Source: Eledone cirrhosa (taxonomy: Eukaryota). From it: a stretch of DNA of 64,000 nt. The DNA lies in assembly GCA_964016885.1 (NCBI GenBank), contig OZ024741.1, positions 377,146,001-377,210,000 of the forward strand, read 5' to 3'. The position numbers and the translations under genes are program-made. The notes beneath the pieces were generated by a model. The model saw only the letters and a list, made by a program, of their open reading frames with translations, had not been told where the DNA came from and did no database searches. This document shows, one piece after another, positions 12,546-25,187 of the stretch. Numbering within the stretch: position 1 is the first letter of the stretch; each line of letters begins with the position of its first letter.

Positions 12546-12689
12546 ATATAGAAAAAAGATGAAATCGAAAATGCAAATGGCGTCTTCTTTTTAAAAAAAC
12601 ATATATATTTATTTGGTTCCTTTACCGATTTCGCAGTTCTTCTGCTTTTCAAAAGTAGAGTTGAGATGGAGGGTCTGTGGTTTTTCCCA

Positions 12690-12740
<51 letters not shown>

Positions 12741-13208
12741 TATATTTCTCACATATCTTTATAATGAAACACTAATGAAAATATAATTTATACACATAGC
12801 TATACACATAGCTATACTAAACCTCGTTTATTGTCTATTTTGCTTCCTGTTGAATATGTTTCTCTGGTTGTGCATGTACCTGTCATTCTCATACACGTGT
12901 TTCAGTCTGCAAATATGTTTTCCTTTATTCTATCTCTATAAAGATATTATTAAATGTGTGGTCGAACACGAACGTTGATTCAAGAAATCATTTCACGTCC
13001 AATGGAAACAAGACCAGTTCCTGTACATCTAACCTCTATAGTGGATATGTCCAACGCTAAAATCATTCGGGACAGGTGTAATTCATAATATTTTCGGGAA
13101 ATAGCTGCAGGACAATGTTGAAAAATAAACCCCGTTTGGTCATTCCATGAGAGTATCTTGTTCAGTGTATGAAATTTTCAGTCAACCCTCGTATATATAT
13201 ATATATAT

Positions 13209-13395
13209 ATTAAAATGACAGATTAAGGTCTCAGCAAAGAATCGCCCGTTAAGGGTGAAAGCAGCGATATATTTGTTTAAACCTTAATCCGTTATTTTAA
13301 TAAATATTTTCTCTGGGGTTCTTATATATTTGATATATATATATTTTATCGATCCCTCTTTGGATTTTAGTCTTCACATTTATTATTATTACTAT
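13209..13395 (+). mobile_element. PLE-like tail family fragment with inverted head
   Basis: Same family as 32385-32555 and 58372-58530 (CCGTTAAGGGTGAAAGCAGCG...CTCTTTGGATTTTAGTCTTC). Confidence 0.7.
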
Positions 13396-13424
13396 AAATA
13401 TTTATATATATATATATATATATA

Positions 13425-14155
13425 CCACGATAAATTAACGGAGCCATGGACTCTCGCTATTCCCTGTCAATAATGTGTTCAAAGGAGTAGGAATCCTGAG
13501 CTCTTTAAAATACAATATGTTGAAAAGGTAACAGACTAGAAAGAGATAGAGCGCCATCAATAAAACAGGGAAAAACGACCAGTGTTGGGAATCTATAACC
13601 TATGAAAGTCAGGGTAGACACACATTTTAAAGAGCTCAGGATTCCTTCTCCTTTGAGCACATTATTGACAGGGAATAGCGAGAGTCTATGGCTCCGTTAC
13701 TTTATCGTGATATTTCGCTCCTAATAACAATCTTTCCTCTCTCTCTCTGTTTGGTTGAGCACACTTCTCTGAGTTGTTTTGGGCTGCCCTTTCTAGCAGC
13801 TCGTCCCTCAGACACCACTTGTTCACTAGCCTAAACACGCTGTGACATCTCTCTCCCGCGTGTAGCTGGACGGTCGCTTTAGATTCTCTGAGAGTTGTCT
13901 GAAATGTATGGCCTTACACACGCTGATGAACCATGGGCTATTTCATTTCAGTCAACAAGATCTTTTTGGATTTGTACGTGTGTTTTATATAGTTATAGAG
14001 GTACGTATATAAACTTTAATTTATATTTTTAATTATCGTGTGTCTACCCTGCTGTTCATAGGTTATAGGTTTCATACACTGGTGGTTTTTCCCTGTTTTA
14101 TTGATAGCGCACAATCTCTCTCTAGTGTGTTACCTTTTCAACATATTGTATTTTA
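13425..14155 (+). mobile_element. Retrozyme-like 526-nt monomer (13624-14155) plus inverted copy spanning the monomer junction (13425-13623)
   Basis: rc of 13425-13623 reads 14038-14155 fused to 13624-13710; no ORF. Confidence 0.8.
13916..13983 (+). ncRNA. Degenerate type I hammerhead ribozyme
   Basis: ACACACG-CTGATGA...GTA-CGTGTGT (7-bp stem I, plausible stem III); GAAA box mutated. Confidence 0.5.
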
Positions 14156-14159
14156 TATA

Positions 14160-14356
<197 letters not shown>

Positions 14357-14394
14357 TTGCGTGGTTTTTGATGTGAAATCATGTGTCGAAACAA

Positions 14395-16200
14395 ATACTG
14401 TTATACTTGGGGACGATCATCGCCAGAATTAATAACAGAACACACTCACTGTTTGGTGGTTTTCGCTTCTGTATCTTTCATATCAGTTAATTTATTCGGT
14501 CGTCAGTGTTTACGATTGACTGATATAATACTACAGATATAATATAGGCACAAACACATATATATAGTCTAACAAACTTCTTTCGTTGCACATCTGCAAC
14601 ATCGTCAGTGGTGCTATTATATTCCTCCTGTTGTATTATATATCTACGCCATCTTTATTTAATCTGTTTATTTATTTATTTTTGTCTTCTTCTCTTCGCA
14701 TGCGTTTGCGTGTGTGTATAGTGTTTGGTGTGTTTTCGCGTTGGGATACTGTGATTTGGTTATTGTATTCTTAGTTTACTGGTGTGTGTTTATATGAGTT
14801 TGTTGTTATTGTGATTGAGTATATATTTATATATATTCAGTATTCTTTGTTTGGGTGATGTTATTCCATTCATCTTTTCTGTTTAGCTTTGACCTTCTAA
14901 GTTCTATTTGACTTGCCTCTCTGATTTGCCTATCTGCTGGGTCATTTCTATGTTTAGATATTAATTTAATGTCTATGTTGTCTATGTTACCGTCATGGTG
15001 TCGTCTGGCCTGTTCGTATATTACTGAAACATATTTTCGTCCTGTTAGTTGCCCCCAGTGTTGCTCTATCCTTTCACCTATGCTACGAGCTGTCTCACCT
15101 ATGTATGTTGTTGTCATGTTTCTGCAAGTTCCCTATGTTATGTTTAGTTCTATCTAAGCTATTCCATGATTTGCTCCTGTATGATGGGCAAATTCATTTC
15201 ATGTCCAGTTCTATGAGGGTCTTATACTTCTCCATGGCTACTTTATATACTCTGATTCTGTCTTTCTGGTTGTAGCCAGAGAACTGCATGCGGTTGATGA
15301 AGTGTTGGATGTGTCTTTCCATTTATGTTGGGCCCTGTCGTCTATAGTGTTAATCCAGAGCTCGGTGTCTACTGTTAGGTGGTCTACTGTTAGGGTGTTT
15401 GGAGGGGTAGTCGATAGTTACAGTTATAGTCTGGTGTTTGGAATTAGTTATCGGCTGGATACTTTCCATTGTGCTACATTCTAAATCATACTTTTTAGAA
15501 CTCTCTTGTGGGTGTGCCCTTATTACTATATTAGTGTAGTCTACGTAACGAGAGTACATGATGAGGTCTATGGAGCCCTCATCAAGGAGAGATTTGAGAC
15601 TCCTTAACCATCATACCATAAAAAGGTTGGCAACCTCACCAGCTATGCTGACGCCAATGGCTGCTCCCTCATTTTGGGAGTAGATCTTCTCGTTGAATTT
15701 GAATATGTGGCCCTTTAGGGTACACCTAAGAGAAATATAAATAAATAATTAAATATATACAGAAGCACAATAACAACAAACACATATAAAAACACACTAG
15801 TAAATTAAGATAAAATACAATAACCAAAACACAGTCACCTAAAGCGAACACACACCAAACGATATACACACATGCAAACGCATGCGCAGAGAAGCAGACA
15901 AAAATAAATAAACAGATTAAATAAAGATCGCGTAGATATACAATACAACAGGAGGAACATAATAACACCACTGACGATGTTGCAGATGTGCAACGAGAGA
16001 ACTTTGTTAGACTATATATATGTGTTTGTGTCTATACTATATCTGTATTTTTGACCGTTGGTCAGTCAATGTTAAACATTGATGACCGAATAAATTATCT
16101 GATATAAAAGACACAGAGGCGAAAACCAACGAAATAGTGAGTGTGTTCTGTTATTAATTCTGGCAATATTATTACCACAATATGACTCTCCCCAAGTATA
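14395..16200 (-). mobile_element. Internally deleted Neptune-like PLE (-) with inverted pLTR+tail (15727-16200, +)
   Basis: MYSRYVDY RT piece, YIGETARSIGER GIY-YIG (14827-15117), homology to 28020-29900; HHR-like CTGACGA-stem-GAAA at 14573-14611 (-) and 15968-16006 (+, GAGA). Confidence 0.85.
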
Positions 16201-16333
16201 AGTATATATATATAGGCAAACAAAACGTAACACACTTGTACAGGCATCGCAGCCCACCAATAATGCCAGAGTTGCCCATGACAAGAATTGTAACTGCCTC
16301 ATACCTGAAACCTGTCCATTACATAATGAATGT

Positions 16334-16723
16334 ATGCAGTCTAACCTGGTTTACCAATGCACAGTGGAATCAGACAACCAAAAATGGTATTACATCGGAG
16401 CGACTGGGAATAAATTTAAAGCCCGTTGGTATACACACCGTTACGCAATGAAACATTCTCACTATCGTTATGTAACTACACTTGCAAACAAGACCTGGCA
16501 ACTGAGCGAAAGTAACCATCAATACACCCTGAAGTGGAAAAAAATTATTGAACGCGCCCCGTATCGGAGTGGTATGAGAAGCGGTCGATTATGTGACCTT
16601 CAGCTGTTCCACATTTTGACTTTGAAGAATAAGTTACTCAACAATAAAATCGAAATATCAATTTATTGTAACCATAGACTCAAAGAGAAGTTTTCGCACT
16701 ACGAGTGCAAATCGAACCCTTAA
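16334..16723 (+). CDS. PLE GIY-YIG endonuclease fragment
   Basis: LVYQCTV...YIGATGNKFKARWYTH...CNHR. Confidence 0.8.
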   Translation: MQSNLVYQCTVESDNQKWYYIGATGNKFKARWYTHRYAMKHSHYRYVTTLANKTWQLSESNHQYTLKWKKIIERAPYRSGMRSGRLCDLQLFHILTLKNKLLNNKIEISIYCNHRLKEKFSHYECKSNP

Positions 16724-17692
16724 CCTCTTACTACCTATGGACAAACTGCATATACTTAGATTGTATACCCTCTTATAGCCAAAAAAGGGGAGGGAAGGAA
16801 GGAAGAAAACGAAGAAATAGAAAAGGAATGAAGGAGAAGGGAGGGATATAGGTATTGTTTTTGTGGATAATTAAAGTGGTTGTATACAATAAAAGGGTAG
16901 AAAGTCTAAGTATATGCAGTTTGGCAGGTGGTAGTAAGAGGTTAAGGGTTCGATTTTTTACTTGTAGTGAGAAAGCCTTTCTTTGAGTATATGGTTACAA
17001 TAAGTAGATCTTTCGATTTTATTGTTGAGTAACTTATCCTTCGAACACAAAATGTGGAATAGCTGAAGGTGACATAATCGACAGCTTCTCATACCACTCA
17101 GATATGGGGCACGTTCGATAATTTTTCCACTTCAGGGTGTATTGATTGTTTATTTCCCTCAGTTGACAGGTCTTGTTCGTAAGGGTAGTTACATAACGAT
17201 GCTGGGAATGTTTCATTGCGTAACGATGTGTATACCAACGAGCTTTAAATGTATTTAGAAGGGCGTCGTCTCTGTAGATTCCACCGTGAAGGTCGCTAAA
17301 CTCCCTCTGTAAATTATGGGCTATGTAAATACCTACTAAATCTGTGACCTGAGCCGAGTCATTAACCCCCATCTTGATGTCGGAATTATTTAATCTAACC
17401 TTACGTTCCAAATAGGCGTTTTCCAATTTTAATTCTCTTTAACTCACTACACTCTAAATCGACGACATCATGTCTACATTTATCAAAGCTGATCAAAGAT
17501 TCATTCTACCTATACCCCTCCCTCCATATCAGTTTGTCACCGTACTTCCTAATTCTTCTCCCCCTTCCTCTCTCTCTCTATAATACTTACTTTGTCCGTC
17601 CACTTTCTAATTTCTCTTACTCTCTCTCTATACTAGCAAATACAATCCAAAATATGTTTTTCTCTATATATTAAGAACTTGTTAAGAGTAAC

Positions 17693-17810
17693 TTATTCAC
17701 CATTTTGAAAATTTGGACGTGTACAACAATTATTATTGAGTGGTTGCTATTTGCAGTATAGCAATATAAGGTTGCACTTACCAATGAAACGGTCGTAAAT
17801 ACCTGGATAA
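17693..17810 (+). ncRNA. Type I hammerhead ribozyme, U3:A8 core, long stem II
   Basis: TTATTCA..ATT-TTGAAAA(17705)-TTGG..TTGCTA/TAGCAA..CCAA-GAAAC-GGTC-GTA-AAT..TGGATAA. Confidence 0.6.
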
Positions 17811-17979
17811 AATCCTTTTTTTTATGCTTACCTGTGTTTTCTCTTTCATCCTTTACACTCCAAGATTGAACGTGATCCTTACAAACTTATTGAGTTACCC
17901 CTAACCGTACGTTGAAACGATCCATGAAACTCGCTCTCCTAACCACGAATTGGATTACAATAAGCAATTTTCTGCTTCC

Positions 17980-18029
<50 letters not shown>

Positions 18030-18164
18030 ACTCTTGTATTCTTTATCTACCTTATGTCCCCTTATATTTCACCTTTTCCTATGGGTTTTTTCCTCCTCTT
18101 TGCTCCCCCCATATATTATTTTCGCCTTACCCTTCACATACCAACATGTATGTGTATGTATTTG

Positions 18165-18228
<64 letters not shown>

Positions 18229-18266
18229 TATATATATATATATATGTAGATATACCAGGTTTTTTT

Positions 18267-18320
18267 CCTTCTGGTGATTGAAGGCAACATTTTTTGTTTT
18301 TAAGAAACCACTGGTGAATG
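18267..18320 (+). ncRNA. Degenerate hammerhead ribozyme (paralog of 19481)
   Basis: CTGGTGA-TTGAAGGCAA/TTGTTTTTAA-GAAAC-CACTG-GTG. Confidence 0.5.
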
Positions 18321-18431
18321 GATTAATTGCCTTATGTTGTTTATTACATTACTATATATATGTATATGTATATTTTGGAGTTATATAAGGTTAATGTATT
18401 ATCTAAGATTGAGTTTTACACACACACACAC

Positions 18432-18528
<97 letters not shown>

Positions 18529-18644
18529 ATTTGGTTGTGAGTGTTTGTGATATGTACGTATTTGTATGTGTATAATTGTATAGCTATGTATGTATGTGTG
18601 TGTGTATATATATGTATATATGTGTGTATATGTGCGTGTGTATT

Positions 18645-18675
<31 letters not shown>

Positions 18676-19074
18676 GTTTGTGTATATGTGTATATGTGTG
18701 TGTGTTTGTGTATGTATTTGTGTATGCGTATGTATGTGTTTATGTATTTGTATATGTATATTTGTGTGAGATTGTGTGTATGTATGTGTGTGTACGTGCA
18801 TTTGGTGTATTGCTTACCACGCGTGTATGTTCATCTATTCGTCGCCTGTATCGCTCTCAACTGTATAATAGTCTTTATTATTTTATATTTTATATATATT
18901 TTTCCTTACATTTATTTGCGTGTGTGTATATGTAGAGGTGTCTGTATATTTTTCTAATTTTGTACATGCATATGTATGCATTTATGTATGTGTATGTGTG
19001 TACGTGTGTATATAAGTATGATTGTGTGTATGTATGTATATGTATGTGTGTATGGCTATGTATGTGTATGTGTA

Positions 19075-19114
<40 letters not shown>

Positions 19115-19292
19115 TTATATTTCTGTATATATGTGTGTATATATGTGTGTGTGGTTGTATATATGTATGTGTATGTATGGATGTGTTGATATTTATGTGT
19201 GTATGTATGTATGTATGTGTATATGTATGTGTACGTGTGTGTATATATATACGCATATATGTGTGTATATGTGTGTGTGTATGTATGAGTGT

Positions 19293-19334
<42 letters not shown>

Positions 19335-19480
19335 ATGCATTTGTGTGTGTGTGTGTGTGTGTATTTGCATGTGTTTTGATTGTATTTTTCCTTTCCTTCT
19401 TCTTTCTCCAGCCTCACTTTCATATAGATTGCATTTTTGTTTTTAAAATCCAAAATCAAAAAAACAGACCAGGATTTTTT

Positions 19481-19534
19481 CATTCTAATGATTGAAAGCA
19501 AAATTGTTTGCTTTTAAGAAACCACTGGTAAGTG
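19481..19534 (+). ncRNA. Type I hammerhead ribozyme, one core mutation
   Basis: CATT-CTAATGA-TTGAAAGCAAA/TTTGCTTTTAA-GAAAC-CACTG-GTA-AGTG. Confidence 0.6.
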
Positions 19535-19562
19535 TAATAATTGTCTTATGTCGTTTATTATA

Positions 19563-19675
<113 letters not shown>

Positions 19676-19884
19676 TTTAAGTATCGACTGAGAGAAAAAA
19701 GCAAAGATAGGCGATACATATATTTAGTTGCCAATAGTTTGTGCAGATGTGCTCAATACTCGTGCCTACAGGGTTAAATATTAGAGGCGTCAATATTTAG
19801 TGGGCGAGAAAAAATAAGCAGAGCGATTATAAAATAAATGAATACAAGGAGTTTAAAACCGTTAAGAAAATGTTTATATAACAG

Positions 19885-19927
19885 TGCACCTACGTACGTT
19901 TCGCCCGGAATTGGCTTATCAGGGGCA
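19885..19927 (-). ncRNA. Type I hammerhead ribozyme (core CTGATAA)
   Basis: rc TGCCC-CTGATAA-GCC..GGC-GAAAC-GTAC-GTA-GGTGCA. Confidence 0.65.
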
Positions 19928-20301
19928 TGGAAAACATAAGAATGACCAATACATCACCCAGGAGGGGTTTCGCGGTTAAATTCTGATCAGAGTTCATTAT
20001 TGGCCTACGTGCATGTGCTGTTATGATTGCAGAGCAGGGGGAGTAACTCTGACCGGTGTTTAAACAAACTTGGTTTTGTATACCTGTTCCTATGATGGTG
20101 TTTTGCATTTTTATATTATGGGTGTTGTTTCACTAGTGCCAGTTCAAGTCGGGTCTGTAGGCACGAGTATTGAGCACATCAGCATAAACTATTGGCATCT
20201 AAATATATGTATCACCTATCTTTACTTTTTTCTCTCTCTAGATACTTAAACATTCTATTAATGTGCTCCTTATAGTAGAGCACCATACTTTATTTGCCAT
20301 C

Positions 20302-23100
20302 ATGATGGAGAATCAACCGTTACCCATGTCTCTCAAGTGTATCCCCCTACCTAGCAGAGAAACATACCTCACGCAACTTATAGACGCTACTAGCTCGTTT
20401 ATACGGAGAGTAAGGGAAGGCCTACTACCTTGATAAGGACAACAGTAACCTTCCAGAACCTATAGAGAGATACAGCTTTAAAACATACCGAAACCCACCG
20501 CACAACGCCATGCTGGACTGCTTTGAGGAGGACCTGCTAAAACTGATCAAAAAATCAAGTTTAAGAGTAAACGCCAATGCAGTAATCCATTCATAACATC
20601 CCTGGACGCACTCATTACCAAGATCAAGAATGACCCACACTTCTTCGTTACCTCTGACAAAACCAAGAAGCTGTATAAGATGGATGCGAGCAAGTACAAA
20701 CAATTCATTTATAAAGAACTACACAAAAAGTATAAGAAAACACCAATTAGTACTTTACATGACATAAATAGGATAGGGAAGGATATAGTTACTAGCTTAG
20801 ACATAGACACGTACACCAACCATATGTCCCTATGACACCTAGATTCTCTCTTCAGGATCACAAATGTAGCTTTAATGAAAACCCTTCTATTAGACTAATA
20901 TGCCCCTCTATTTCGGATATAGGTAAAATTAGTAATGTGATCCAAATAGAGTACTACTAGAACTTAATAACAAAGCCAAGGTCTATCTCTGGAGCATCAC
21001 CGACCAGGTCATTAATTGGTTCACAGAGTTAGCCGATAAAACAACTCTCAACTTCATCCAGTTTGACATAGATGGCTACTACGCATCGATATCCCCCATA
21101 CTCCTAAATAAATCGCTTATCTCAGCTAAGTCTAATACTAGCCTCACTAAGAAAGACATAGATATAGTGCTTGCAGCACGTAGAACTATTATCCAGTTCG
21201 AAGGCTCCTACTGGACCAGAACCAACGTCCTGATAACTTCGATATCACGATTGGGTCCAGTGATCAGCACAAGTGACCGACCTAGTCGGGATATACCTCC
21301 TCCATAGACTTAGGGACGAGATACCGGCCCTAGAGGGCGGGGTGTATAGTGACGATGCCCTGTTTACGGTTAGAAGCCACATTCCCTGCAGGATAGAGAA
21401 CCTTAACAAGCGTATACACAGGTTCTTCAAGACATATGGCCTATCCGTGACTATGGACCTCAACCACCAGATAGTCAATTTCCAGGACGTAACCCTGGAG
21501 TTGAGCACGGGCCTATACAATCCATACCATAACGCCGGCGAGATCCTGTCTTATATAAAATATGCATCTAACCACCCTAAGTATACTCTCAACTCCATAG
21601 TATATAGCATATCCCATAGGATCTCGAGGCTCTCCGCCAATGAAGATATATTCAACCAAGCGGCCGAACACCACAATAAGGCCGTACTAAATGCCGGTCT
21701 TAACCGGAGAATCTCCTACATCCTTAACGCTAGCTATAGAAACATACCCCATCATAGTACTAATGATATAGTAAGCCGTACATATAACAGAGTACGCTAC
21801 AGCCAAGACAGCGTCAATAACTATAGTATAGAGAACTACACTAAGGAAATTGGCCATGCTGTTAATTATACGAGTGGCGACCAAGATAACCTACAGCATG
21901 GTAAGGGTTACCCGATTGGTAACGCCACCCTTTGCAGCCTATTAGAATTATTCCCTAACTATAAGATTAGCCACGGCGGCGGCCTATTACCAATACCCTC
22001 CAACCCGCGTCTAGCCACAAATAAAAATTACGGAAGGAAGGCGCGCCTACCCGAACATGAAGTAAAAGGGATGCATAACTGGTTACAGCACAGTAACAAC
22101 CGTAAGTACAGTCAACTAGGAAGCACAACCTGTAGTGAACGCACGGTAAAGCGTAAACGCCACCATAATATCATATGGTCCCCCCCCCCTACTCTCGGAG
22201 TGTAGCCTCCGACCTACCGAGGATATTCTTCGAAGCCTTAGAGAAGAATTTCCCACCTAATCATAAACACAGGAAAATATTTAATAGGAACAATATCAAA
22301 TTATCCTTCTCTACCTCCCCAATCTAGCTGACATCATAGGAGCAACTAATCACAGTAAGATCAACAATACAGGGCACCTTAGCACAGATACATCTAGACC
22401 AGACAACAACACTAATAACTTTAACATCTCCCTAACAGCACCAAATAGTGTTGGTGGCAGCCCCGGCAGACGAAACCCACGTAACCAATGTGAAACTGCA
22501 CGGGTTACCCACCGGCAACAGAACGGGCTGCGGCGCGCGGGGTGATAATGGTACAACACCGCACGCGTCGAGATATAACAGTACCAATGACGCAGATAGA
22601 GACATAGATAACAACATAGGTAACAATAGTAATAGCATTACTTCAGGAACTAGGGGAGACCGTGAAAATGCAACTGTCGTGACAGGGGAGGCTGCCCTCT
22701 CAGGGGGAACTGACTGTATGATAAGGTTATTTATAGGTGCACCGTCACTAGCCATAATGTAGTTAAACACTATATAGGGGCCACCTCTGGCCAGTTTAAA
22801 ACGAGATTTAGAAAACATCTCCACTTTTTCAGGAACAAAAAAGTAAGGCACTCCACGTCACTTGCCATTACGTCCCCACATTACGAGACGCCAACATCAG
22901 CTTCTCCACACACTGGGATATTGTCGGTAGGGTTGCACCTTACAACGTCAACAGGAAATGCCAGCTCTGCCCCGTGGAGCTTTACTCCATGATCAGACCA
23001 CTCGACGAGGTCATAAACAGTCATAAGTTGTAAACACCCAGTGCAGGCGTTGTACTTGACCTGGGAAGCGACTGCGGCATGAAAACTATAAACTGGGTCC
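20302..23100 (+). pseudogene. Naiad-like RT-GIY-YIG ORF, multiple frameshifts and stops (largest piece 21273-22205)
   Basis: Domain motifs in the correct order across frames. Confidence 0.85.
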
Positions 23101-23468
23101 CCCTGCTCTAACCATAACACCCCGGTGGGCAGGCGGTATAAACAAGCACCTGTGATCCAAATGTACATCGCAGACCCTGCTCGAACAAGCATTAGTGAAG
23201 CAACACCTGCTAAATAATAAATGTGCATCCCAGACCCGACTTGAACTGGTACTAGTCAAACAACAGCCATAATATAAAAACGCAAAACACCATCAAATGA
23301 ACAGGTATAAAAAAGCAAGTGGGATTAGATTGTTTGAACACCGGTCAGAGTTACTCCCCTTGCTCTGCGATAATAACAGCATATGCACGTAGGCGAAGTG
23401 TGAACTCTAATGTGAATTTAACCGTAAACCCCTCCTGGGTCGTGTATTGGTCATTTTTATGTTTTCCA

Positions 23469-23511
23469 TGCCCTTCATAAGCCCATTCCGGGCGAAACGT
23501 ACGTAGGTGCA
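23469..23511 (+). ncRNA. Type I hammerhead ribozyme (core TTCATAA)
   Basis: TGCCC-TTCATAA-GCCC ATTCC GGGC-GAAAC-GTAC-GTA-GGTGCA. Confidence 0.6.
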
Positions 23512-23582
23512 CTGTTATATAAACATGTTTTAACGGTTTTAAAATCCTTGTATTCATTTCTTTTATATATATATATATAAAC

Positions 23583-23675
<93 letters not shown>

Positions 23676-23706
23676 AAGAATCAAAGAACTGTTCAAAACA
23701 TTATTG

Positions 23707-23753
23707 TGCTTACAGCTGTTTCCTCCAAACCGAGGTTTGGATTCTTCGGAGCA
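23707..23753 (-). ncRNA. Type I hammerhead ribozyme, CCGAAGA (U4C) core
   Basis: Reverse complement of 26882-26928. Confidence 0.8.
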
Positions 23754-25187
23754 ATTTATTAATGCATGGACAGTTATGTGACCTCCTTTTCAGCCGAGAG
23801 ACATACCAATACATATTCAAACATTGATACATATTCAAACATTGTGGGTCAACATTCATTACAAAATTTAGAGTGGCAGTACACACTTCGAGATTACATT
23901 TATATTAATAGGTACAATCAAAAATCAAAGATATAGGTTAAAGTACAACATGAAGATAAGTGGTTATATAGTGCAAATGTTATATGTGTGGCACGCATGT
24001 GCGTCTTGTTTATATAGTGTGGCAGAGAGATATGTGTGGTAGAGGCACTTAGGTAGGTAAATAAGAGTGTTAGGTTGGTAGATCTGGTGGCAAAGTCTTT
24101 ATATGATTGATGTAGTCTGTGTGTGGAGAAATATTATAAGTATTAAAGATAGTGCAAGCATTAAAAGTATTGGAGATGCACAACGCAGGGATGTCAAGTA
24201 ATTCATGTACTTCGGCATTTTCATGGTCAAGGGAGTGTATATTTCGATTATATGCCTTTCACATAATCCACGACAATCCCGTTAGAGATCGTAGTCTGGT
24301 GTTCTTTAGTTCGATACAGGAGGTTGTTACGTTTCGAGAGACGCCATTGAATACCGGAAGTGTGTGTGTGGCTAAGGTGAGTTAATGCATGCGGGGAGGT
24401 AACTCTGGGGTTTCTATATCTAGCCATTAAAATGTGTCCCAATATGGACCCTAAATTCTATGGTGAGGTGCACCTTCCAAGAGAGACTTTTAAAGCATAA
24501 AGTGCACTAACTATAGAGTAGTTTAACTAAATTATGCTGAAGGTGATCATATTATTATTAAGGTGGATTAACCCATCTTAAGGTGCTACAAATGGAAATT
24601 ATAGATGATGAGCGAGGATTCTAAATTAATGATCTCTGTGGTTGTAGTCTGCTCATATGACCAGGCGCGGTGATTGCAGGATTGCTTCAGGACCCAATGA
24701 TCTCTGGTAAGATCTGGGTCATCGCTTGCTACATTGGATGTCGAAAGATAATCGTCCCCAGGCAGGCCAAAGGTCAATCCGCAGTCCTCGCGACCCCTCT
24801 CTGACCGTCAGATCATCCATATACGTACAACCCGCACGGCAGTTGCATTGCATTCACTCACTGCGCTCAGCAGCCCGGTCCTACTGGTCAACAGCGCTAC
24901 TCGATTAAATCATTTTACATCTGTCTAAGGAAGGTGTTTCCTCTGCCCAACACCATCCAACCGATCAATTCATGCTCAAATTACCCTTAGAGCGGTGTAG
25001 TGCCGTCCAGGTGGGTGGATGTTGTCACACCTGCCGTAGAGGTATAAATGGGTATTTTCCCTGCGAAGGGTTCCAGAGGGATGTCGTTGTTTGTGTTATA
25101 ATGGATCAGCTAGTGTTGGGTATGTAGTATAGGGTGTGTCTCTGGTGTTTGATGCTAGATGTGGTGTTAGGTTCCAGTCCGACATTG

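Larger units (their letters stand above)
16210..17985. mobile_element. Rearranged Naiad-like PLE pieces: GIY-YIG (+), inverted RT/GIY-YIG deletion fusion (-), pLTR+tail (+)
   Basis: NCNCLIPETCPLHNEC then ORF 16334-16723; ORF 17034-17426 joins YRDD directly to FKARW; HHR and TATTGAGTTAC in 17430-17985. Confidence 0.8.

Noticed and set aside
24683-24725. ATGA...TGA hairpin on - as a SECIS
   Set aside because: GA quartet register does not fit the helix, no apical AA, and the upstream ORF has no in-frame TGA
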